Shown here: piece by piece, positions 19,885-27,495 of the stretch
Numbering within the stretch: the first letter of the stretch is position 1
Layout: every line of letters starts with the position of its first letter
NCBI GenBank assembly: GCA_029856145.1
Contig: JAHQWK010000001.1
Span: forward strand, 288,001-352,000
Direction of reading: 5' to 3'
Length of the DNA: 64,000 nucleotides
From: Promethearchaeia archaeon
Lineage (GTDB): Archaea; Asgardarchaeota; Lokiarchaeia; Sigyniarchaeales; SOKP01
The notes under the pieces: generated by a model
Told to the model about the DNA's origin: nothing
Seen by the model: the letters and a program-made list of their open reading frames with translations, nothing else
The model's database searches: none
Translations under genes and position numbers: made by a program

Positions 19885-20982
19885 ATGGCAACCATCATTA
19901 AAAAAGGATTAGATCTTCAAGAAGAGGATGCTTATTTTCAAAAATCTAAATTTAAAAATGGACAGGAATATGGATTAAGGTTTGCTATTCCAAAAGATGC
20001 TACAATTATCTCATCTCTGTTCAAAGAAAGCTATAATTATGAATATCCTTATCCTTATGTTTACGATATCGAACTTTTAAAAAAGGACATTTCAAAACCT
20101 AATAAATTTTGGGTCCTAAGCGATTTATTAGAAAATAAAGTGACTGTTGGCTGTGCCTTAGTCGATAAAGAAAGATACATCGCCCATGCTGGGTGTTTAA
20201 TTGTGAAGAAAGATTTTCGGAGGCAAGGAATTACAAAAAATTTGGCAGCAGCAGGGCTTTTAACAGTTACAAAAATGCCTCAATTTAAAGATGTTTTAAG
20301 ACTTAATGTTGAAGTTCGTGCTCCATTAACTCAAGTTCAAACTTCTGCTCAAAATGCGGGGGCAATACCTTATGGTATAATACCTAGTCACATTAAATTA
20401 ACAGATAACAGATATTTTGATATTAATGATAATAAGCCATGTTCCCCCCAAAATGAAGAATTCAGTACAGTACTTTATTCAATGATTTTTAGAAACCTAT
20501 GGAAGAAAAGAGACAAAAATGTGTTTCTATTAGATAATGAAGATTTAATCTTCTTATATGAATATATTAGAAGTCAAGCTAAAAAAATGAAAGACGATAC
20601 ATTAATCCTTAAAAACAAGAAAAGGAGTAAAGGATATGAACTTTATGGTGTTTCTAAAGATTATTATTTGGCACATGTGAAATTATTTGGCTATATTAAA
20701 GAAAAATCTCTTAATCATTTATTAAATACTTATAGGAATTGGCGAATGATCCTATGGAAAGTTCCGACTACTGAAAATGGAATATCTTCGATGTCTATAG
20801 CCTTAAAAAAAGGATTTAAAGTGGTGGGTTATGATATTGGGTTTAATAACATAAATTGGACCTTATTTGATTCAATTATACTAGCATACTATCCTAATGG
20901 AAATTACGTGTTGTCAGATATAAATTGTTCAGATACAATAAAACCTCTTTTTAACAGGATAAAGAAACAATTTAAGACTTAG
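19885..20982 (+). CDS. GNAT-fold acyltransferase, long form (copy 2)
   Basis: LIVKKDFRRQGIT (motif A); shares KMPQFKDVLRL, KGYELYG and VGYDIGFNNINWTLFDS with copy 1. Confidence 0.82.
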   Translation: MATIIKKGLDLQEEDAYFQKSKFKNGQEYGLRFAIPKDATIISSLFKESYNYEYPYPYVYDIELLKKDISKPNKFWVLSDLLENKVTVGCALVDKERYIAHAGCLIVKKDFRRQGITKNLAAAGLLTVTKMPQFKDVLRLNVEVRAPLTQVQTSAQNAGAIPYGIIPSHIKLTDNRYFDINDNKPCSPQNEEFSTVLYSMIFRNLWKKRDKNVFLLDNEDLIFLYEYIRSQAKKMKDDTLILKNKKRSKGYELYGVSKDYYLAHVKLFGYIKEKSLNHLLNTYRNWRMILWKVPTTENGISSMSIALKKGFKVVGYDIGFNNINWTLFDSIILAYYPNGNYVLSDINCSDTIKPLFNRIKKQFKT

Positions 20983-21087
20983 ATTTAACAATTACCAACT
21001 GTTAATTAAAATTCTCAAATGAACTTATTAAAAAATTATCAAAAAGTACTGAAAAATAGCTGATCTCGTTAAATTTTCATTCTTTAA

Positions 21088-21543
21088 TCATGATAATAGC
21101 GAAATCACTTTTTCTTCAAAAGTTTGAGTACCTGTTCCAAAAATTTTAGTGAGGGATTGTTTAAAAGGTTCAAATTGGCCAACTTTCGTAAGATTAGAGC
21201 CATCAAAATGAGAAATAAATCTTTTTAAAAACTTTTCCAATAAGGGTAAAATTGATTTTTTTAAATACTTCTCAAGTCTATAATCTTTATCCAAAACTAT
21301 GAAAGCAACAATTTCCTGAACATCTCTAAATAAATCTTTTATTGTACCTTTCTTAAAAATTATTGAATATTTATCACTTTCAAAATATTCTACTGGTTCC
21401 ATCAAACATTCGGCAAAACTCAAGAGCCCACTCATTAATCCACTTGAACAAACTAAATTAGTTTGACTTTTACTAGCTCTATGATAGCTGATGAATATAA
21501 TGGGAATTCCATGGAAGATTATACCGGCTTCTCGAATCAACAT
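21088..21543 (-). CDS. Free longin-like domain protein
   Basis: Beta-beta-alpha-beta-beta-beta-alpha pattern: IREAGIIFHGIPII, SGLMSGLLSFAE, YSIIFK, IVAFIVLD, QFEPFKQSLTKIF. Confidence 0.7.
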   Translation of the reverse strand: MLIREAGIIFHGIPIIFISYHRASKSQTNLVCSSGLMSGLLSFAECLMEPVEYFESDKYSIIFKKGTIKDLFRDVQEIVAFIVLDKDYRLEKYLKKSILPLLEKFLKRFISHFDGSNLTKVGQFEPFKQSLTKIFGTGTQTFEEKVISLLS

Positions 21544-21811
21544 AATGAATTCTGAAGTAAATTAAACCAAATCGCTGTTACGGATATTCTTATAAGAATA
21601 CTCCTAATATTCGACAAAATTCTCATATATAAATATAAGTCTTTTCGAACATATTTCGTCGCGATAGTACAATATTAATGCTAAACAGAAAATACGTCGA
21701 ATAAAAAAATTCTCTCAATAAAATATCTCTGAAAAGAATTTTATAGGATTTTAAAAAAAATTTTGTTTCAAATTATACTAAAATAGGGTTTTATTGCAAC
21801 TAATAGCACAT

Positions 21812-22942
21812 TTATGTTGAAAAAATCTCATCAATGATATTTTTAACTGGGTAAAATACAGTTAAATCTCCATTCCAATTAATCAAAATGTTATTATATA
21901 TTTCTTCAACCTTCAGAACTAATCTTTTTAGATTATATGTAAAATATTTCAATTCCTCTTTACTAATTAAAATTCCTGTAATATAATTGGCAGAAAAAAC
22001 ATTTACTATTTTTCTTTTTTTCTTTATAACAGAAATTTCATTAGGTTTGCCATGAATCAATTCATTAAGCATGATATTCATAGAAGCTAAAGCTCCAGAT
22101 ATAAATTGCTTTTCTAAAATTTCAGTATTCTCCATAAAGGAATAATTATATAAACAAATTCCATTTTTATTCAAGATATATATACTTTCAATTTTATCTT
22201 GCCAGTCATATTCAAAGAATGAAGGAATTTTTCTAAAAAAAATGAAGATAAAGCCAATAGCTATTAGTTGGAGGAGGATTCCTATAAATCGAACTAAAAG
22301 GTTTAAATTTTCAAGAAGTAGATCCATCGAAAGAATATATCCCACTAATATAAGTAGGATTGTAAGTGTCATTTTTAGGGCTCCCTTAGGGAGTATATTT
22401 TGTTTTTTCGATTTTTTACCAAAATCTATAACATAAATTATAAAAAACAAAATAAATAAAGGAAAAGACAGAAATGAAAGCACATTAATGATTTCTAAAT
22501 TAATGAAGAATATGACTATAAAAATTAATAATTGAATTAAAAAACAAGTGGTAAAAAAAAATCTTTTGAATAAGAATTTTTTATATTTTTCCATGAATAA
22601 CGTAAAAAATAAGGTACTTAACATTATTGATAGAAATCCAAAATTTAATAAAAGACTTCTAAAACTCCCAATGGTCCATAGAAAAAAAGGAGAAATGATA
22701 AGATCACTAGAGTAGTAGTCACCTAATAAAAAGAAGAACCTCATTAATGAAAATCCGCTAAATAATGCGAAAAATCCTAAATCTTGAGAATTTTTAAGTG
22801 GCTTTGGCTGTTTTTTATATTTGATTAAAAATAGTAGACCTAATTCAAAAGATAAGAATATGAAAATCCAATCCATTACTAAGGATAAAAATCTATGTGG
22901 ACCAATAATAGGAAATTCTGTAAATAAAATATTAATCATCAT
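21812..22942 (-). CDS. 7TM-longin fusion protein
   Basis: Seven TMs, linker PSFFEYDW, then IESIYILNKNGICLY...FISGALASMNIMLNE...WNGDLTVF (Asgard longin-like). Confidence 0.8.
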   Translation of the reverse strand: MMINILFTEFPIIGPHRFLSLVMDWIFIFLSFELGLLFLIKYKKQPKPLKNSQDLGFFALFSGFSLMRFFFLLGDYYSSDLIISPFFLWTIGSFRSLLLNFGFLSIMLSTLFFTLFMEKYKKFLFKRFFFTTCFLIQLLIFIVIFFINLEIINVLSFLSFPLFILFFIIYVIDFGKKSKKQNILPKGALKMTLTILLILVGYILSMDLLLENLNLLVRFIGILLQLIAIGFIFIFFRKIPSFFEYDWQDKIESIYILNKNGICLYNYSFMENTEILEKQFISGALASMNIMLNELIHGKPNEISVIKKKRKIVNVFSANYITGILISKEELKYFTYNLKRLVLKVEEIYNNILINWNGDLTVFYPVKNIIDEIFST

Positions 22943-22945
22943 CCA

Positions 22946-24091
22946 TTATTGTAAAATTCTATTAATAATAACTTCAAAACTCGAAAATAATTTTCCTTGA
23001 TCGCCCTTTAAATCCTCCAAATCTAATAAAATCTCTTTAAAAAAAGACTCAAATTTAATTCTTATAGATTTTAGAAGATGATGAGTACTACTTAAATCCC
23101 TTTTTACAACTAAAATATATGTTATATGAGAAGGATTCAATCCATATTCTAAGAACATATGAAAATCTCCTTTCTTTATTTTATTTATTTTTTCTTTTAT
23201 GGTACCTGTGATAATTGTAATAATACTTTCGATTCCCATTATTCCTTTAGAAAACAGTATCTCATTATTATATAAATGATTTTGACTTATTTTACTATTA
23301 TTTTCAAGTTTTTCAATAAAATTATAACTATAAATGCAACTTTTGTTGTGTTGATTAATTATAAATAATTTTAAGAGGTTGTTTCTCCATTCAAATTCAT
23401 AAAATGGAGGAAAGTCATAAACAGAAAAGAAGATAATAATGAAACCCGTCAATAATTCACCTACTCCTGTGAAATATATTATTTCATTAATAACTGGAGG
23501 TAAAACACCCAAACCAACCAATGAAGCAAAAACTAATGCAAATAAACTTACAATTGCTCCAATGAGAAATAATTTAAACTTTTTCCTGATACTACCTATT
23601 GATTTTTTAATCAAAATTAATTGAAATCTGATTATATATAATCCATTTAAAACAACAAATAAGATGCTTAAAATAAAAATTGGTGAACCTAGGTAAGGTA
23701 CTAATAAAATCATAACAATAGGTATGATATTAAAGATCATCAAGATTTTAGCAATATTTAGATTTATTATAATTGAAAAATCCTTTCTAATTATGAAAAT
23801 GGAGACGCTAAAAGTAGAAAAAAAAGCAAAAAACCAACCCATTCTTGAAAAGAGTTCATATAAAATTCTATCTTCAATGAAATTCCTTGATATTTGTATT
23901 AGTAATGGACCTAAAATTATGAACAAAACAAATGACCCAAATGCTAGTAATACTCTATTTAAGGGAAGAGTTATATCTTGAATTTTGCGATATTGGAAAA
24001 AAAAGTATAAGGCTAATTGAATACCTATAATTACCGGTACCAGATAAGCCAGAAATTGCAGTTCTTTACTAATTTCAATTTGAGAAAGCAT
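22946..24091 (-). CDS. 7TM-longin fusion protein
   Basis: Seven TMs, linker PPFYEFEW, then LLKLFII...LFSKGIMGIESII...ITYILVVK...FESFF. Confidence 0.78.
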   Translation of the reverse strand: MLSQIEISKELQFLAYLVPVIIGIQLALYFFFQYRKIQDITLPLNRVLLAFGSFVLFIILGPLLIQISRNFIEDRILYELFSRMGWFFAFFSTFSVSIFIIRKDFSIIINLNIAKILMIFNIIPIVMILLVPYLGSPIFILSILFVVLNGLYIIRFQLILIKKSIGSIRKKFKLFLIGAIVSLFALVFASLVGLGVLPPVINEIIYFTGVGELLTGFIIIFFSVYDFPPFYEFEWRNNLLKLFIINQHNKSCIYSYNFIEKLENNSKISQNHLYNNEILFSKGIMGIESIITIITGTIKEKINKIKKGDFHMFLEYGLNPSHITYILVVKRDLSSTHHLLKSIRIKFESFFKEILLDLEDLKGDQGKLFSSFEVIINRILQ

Positions 24092-24220
24092 TTTTTATAT
24101 TTACGTAAAAAAATTAAACTGAATTTGAATTTTTTAATATTATTTTCCTGAAAGCACTATAAATATTATTCTCTTTTTCTTAAATTCAATAATTAATATT
24201 TAAACAGAGTATTTAACCAT

Positions 24221-24754
24221 TTATATTAATTGAAAATCTTTTAAAATTCTTTTCAATAAAGATTCGAATATATCTTCCACGTTTTCCCCTGTTTTGGATG
24301 AACATTCTATATAATCAAAGAAATTATATTGATGTCTTATTTTTTCTGCTTCCTTCTTTGAAACTGCTATTTGATCCTTAAGATCTAACTTACCTCCAAC
24401 CAGTATGATTGGAGGATTTTGTTTTCCAGGAGATAAACCCTTTTTAAAAGTATCCAACCATTCTTTAACTCTAATTAATGTTCCATATCTAGTAAGATCA
24501 AACATAAAGATGCCACCAGAAGATCCCCTTGAGTATAATGGTAGTAAAAAATGAAACTCTTTTTCACCACCAAAATCCCACACTTGCAATACTATTCTTT
24601 TATCTTCAATTTTTAGAAATTTTATAAAAATTTCTGCTCCCATTGTAAGCTTAATGTCTTCATCAAAATACCCTTTAAGAAATCGCTGAGCTAATGTAGT
24701 TTTTCCTACACCACTTTCTCCAAAAATGCAAATTTTGTAAGCTAATTCTCCAAT
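24221..24754 (-). CDS. Rab-like small GTPase (Ras superfamily), about 177 aa, probable ATT start
   Basis: The frame extends upstream of the called ATG (24643) through YKICIFGESGVGKTT (G1) and LTMG (G2); also WDFGGE (G3), GGKLD (G4) and CSSKTG (G5). Confidence 0.92.
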   Translation of the reverse strand: MGELAYKICIFGESGVGKTTLAQRFLKGYFDEDIKLTMGAEIFIKFLKIEDKRIVLQVWDFGGEKEFHFLLPLYSRGSSGGIFMFDLTRYGTLIRVKEWLDTFKKGLSPGKQNPPIILVGGKLDLKDQIAVSKKEAEKIRHQYNFFDYIECSSKTGENVEDIFESLLKRILKDFQLI

Positions 24755-25021
24755 AATAGGCTCCCTCTTTTCTACATTTTATGATTAATAACTATCTGAA
24801 TTCGATTCTTTTAGAAATCGAAAACCTCAACCGAATTTATATTATTAAAGAGAAAAATGCTTGTTCTATTTGAAAACTCGAAAATAAAGCTAAGGCGAAT
24901 TTTCTTTTCTCTATTGTATTAAATAAAATCTTAAATATTTAAATCTATTTTAAAACCTTCTGATAAATCGAGAATTAGTTTTCCAAAATTGTTAAAATTA
25001 AAAAAAATTTTAAAAAAAAAT

Positions 25022-26458
25022 TTACTTCCTCTTTCGCTTAGGTTCAATTTTTTTAATAATTATTGATTCTGCATGGACTTTGCAATTCTTCAAAATTATT
25101 TTGAAGCCACCCGCTCCACCAACACCAGGGATAGTCATTCCTACAGTTCCCATTGGAACCATCGCACCTTCTTCTTCCCATTCCTCTTCCTCTTCTACGC
25201 CACCAGCAGCAGCTTTATATTCTTCAGTTTCTATAATTGGGTGGCCAACTTTTTCTAACCATGCCGGTAATTCACTTAGATCTGAAACCTCATCTTCAGT
25301 TGCAATTTTATCTCTTAGATCTTCTGGAAGGAATTCATAAACTCTATCTTTAACGGTTTTACCCATCCATACGATAGTGTAAATCCCTGCCTCCAATCCT
25401 GATTTTATACCATCATATTTTTGGTATTTAGGTGATATAATATATTGTATGCTTATGCCATTAAATCCTGGCATTTGTTTACCTCCACCCGTCTGATTTG
25501 CCATCGCACTAAAAGGTAGCCCATTGATAGCAACTCCATCGTGATTTCGATCGATTATTCCATGACCTGCTCCTGTCTCAGGAATAAAGAAATCTATTGC
25601 TTCAAAGCAGCCGCAACTAGTATGAGGGAACACCATTCCGCTGTAGAGATAAATTCTATCTATGTCTCCAAGTGAACGCTTTTTTATCATTTCATTAACT
25701 CCTTGGAACTCACCTGCTAATTCGTTTAAACACTCACCCATAGGTACCTCGAACAATGGCCCTTTCGGATCAACACGCGCAGCAGCTCTTGCATCAAACC
25801 ATGAGATAGAACCGCATAAACTCATTCGATTTGGTGTTATACAACATGCATGAGTAGGAGCAAAACTCTGGCATAAAACACAGCCATAAAACATATCTAC
25901 ATCTTCATCGTTTATACTACGAGCTCTTTCGTCTCGTTTATTGTATATTTCTAAGGCAAAATCATAGGTCTCTTTAATTTTATTTGGATCTGTATAGAAT
26001 GTAACTTGGGCTTTTTTAATGATTGGAAGTTCAGCTTTATACAGTCTAATTAAAATAGTTCCAAGCATCTGAAAATTATCAAATCCTTTTTCTACAGCAG
26101 CTTTAGAAATTCGCATCCAATTAGTATATCTTTGGTTCAAATGCATTATTCCATTTACAAAATTGCAAAATTCATGAACTCTACGTTCGAACACGGCCTC
26201 GAGGTCTTCTTCAAGCTCAGGGCCAGCTACTTCTACTAAAATTCCTATAGGGTGTCTTGATCCTACTTCCATGTCTTTTATATCGGGACCGATAAGAGTT
26301 ACTTTTCCATCTTCAATTTCCTTATCTTTTTTAACCCTCACGAGTTCATAATGTTTCTCAACTTTTGGACCACCAAGCTCTACATACATTTGGTTTCCTC
26401 GAATTCTTTCACCTTCATATACTGGTCCAACATCTACAGGCATATCTGCAAAACTCAT
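25022..26458 (-). CDS. cdhC: Acetyl-CoA decarbonylase/synthase complex subunit beta (ACS)
   Basis: YEGERIR, ERRVHEF, GCVLCQSFAPTH, LCGSISW, PHTSCGCFE. Confidence 0.96.
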   Translation of the reverse strand: MSFADMPVDVGPVYEGERIRGNQMYVELGGPKVEKHYELVRVKKDKEIEDGKVTLIGPDIKDMEVGSRHPIGILVEVAGPELEEDLEAVFERRVHEFCNFVNGIMHLNQRYTNWMRISKAAVEKGFDNFQMLGTILIRLYKAELPIIKKAQVTFYTDPNKIKETYDFALEIYNKRDERARSINDEDVDMFYGCVLCQSFAPTHACCITPNRMSLCGSISWFDARAAARVDPKGPLFEVPMGECLNELAGEFQGVNEMIKKRSLGDIDRIYLYSGMVFPHTSCGCFEAIDFFIPETGAGHGIIDRNHDGVAINGLPFSAMANQTGGGKQMPGFNGISIQYIISPKYQKYDGIKSGLEAGIYTIVWMGKTVKDRVYEFLPEDLRDKIATEDEVSDLSELPAWLEKVGHPIIETEEYKAAAGGVEEEEEWEEEGAMVPMGTVGMTIPGVGGAGGFKIILKNCKVHAESIIIKKIEPKRKRK

Positions 26459-26496
26459 ATTTAATTTCTCCTCTTATTTTTTTTTTCAATAATATT

Positions 26497-27036
26497 TTAT
26501 AATTTTTCAATCAAATTTTCTAAAAATGTTTTCCATTCTTCCTCGTTTAGATTTGGTAAACTAAATCTAGCATTTGGATGAGAATATTTATCTAGATCAA
26601 TTGTTCTTAACCAGTTTGTAAAGTTTTTGAGCCGTGATAATGCTTGAGAAACATAGAAAACTATGTGTCCTCCAAATATAGCCATTGAATATTGTCCTTC
26701 TCCATCTAAACCTGCCCAATCTTTATCAGATAAACGGTTTGTAATATTTATCAAAGACATATCATATAATTTATGATCTGCTATCTTATCTTTTAAATAA
26801 CTGTATGCGTGTCCTGTAGAAACTACATGACAATCAAATTTATTTGCTATTTCTATGAAGTAGTCCGCAACTTTTTTACCATCAAGCTCCCAATTTAAAG
26901 ATTCAGCACCAATAACGAAAACACTCTTCTTAGGAGTTTTAAGTAAATTCACCATCACCATTGGATCTGAAACAGAAGTACCCATCTCAGGGCCTGGGAT
27001 ATTAGCTTTTTGATATGGACGTGCCATTTCACTCAA
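26497..27036 (-). CDS. cdhB: ACDS/CODH complex subunit epsilon
   Basis: PYQKANIPGP, WAGLDGEGQY, LDKYSHPNARFSLPNL; directly upstream of cdhC. Confidence 0.9.
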   Translation of the reverse strand: MSEMARPYQKANIPGPEMGTSVSDPMVMVNLLKTPKKSVFVIGAESLNWELDGKKVADYFIEIANKFDCHVVSTGHAYSYLKDKIADHKLYDMSLINITNRLSDKDWAGLDGEGQYSMAIFGGHIVFYVSQALSRLKNFTNWLRTIDLDKYSHPNARFSLPNLNEEEWKTFLENLIEKL

Positions 27037-27180
27037 TTTCCTCTGTTTTTATTTTTAGCTAGAACTTTTAAAATAATTGTTATACTTAGAATTATTAAGG
27101 ACAATTTAAAAAAATTGTTTTTATTAAGTTTAACTTAAAATGAGTTGATTTATGAATTTTACAGAAGTGAAAAAGTAATT

Positions 27181-27480
27181 ATGTGTGAATTTAAAATAAT
27201 AAATGAAACTGATGGTTCTCAAATAGGAGAGGATGTTTTAATATTATTCTATACAGATGATAATGAATTAGTTTTTAAGGATGTATTAGGTATGGGTGAA
27301 AAATTGGAATCTGCGTTAATATTGGATGTAAATACCTTAAACCAAAAGTGTATAGTTCTACAACATCCATTAATTAAAGAATTTATTAGTTTAATAAAAA
27401 ATATCACTAATAATAAAGTAGAATCAGAGCAAATTGAAAATTTTCAGAGGAGCATTGAAAAAATAAAGCAAAACATTTAA
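27181..27480 (+). CDS. cooT: CooT family nickel-binding protein with C-terminal extension
   Basis: MCEF start, EDVL, KDVLG, ILDVNTLNQKCIVL; divergent from cdhBC. Confidence 0.75.
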   Translation: MCEFKIINETDGSQIGEDVLILFYTDDNELVFKDVLGMGEKLESALILDVNTLNQKCIVLQHPLIKEFISLIKNITNNKVESEQIENFQRSIEKIKQNI

Positions 27481-27495
27481 AATAAAAAAAAAGAT

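Noticed and set aside
21600-21705. Cluster of TCGA/CG-containing words upstream of the free longin gene
   Set aside because: No consistent repeat unit or spacing could be defined.
16753-24091. 7TM proteins as rhodopsins
   Set aside because: None of the four has a retinal-binding Lys in the middle of TM7.
16753-24091. 7TM proteins as true GPCR orthologues
   Set aside because: No DRY or NPxxY motifs and no G-alpha gene; only analogy can be supported without structural searches.
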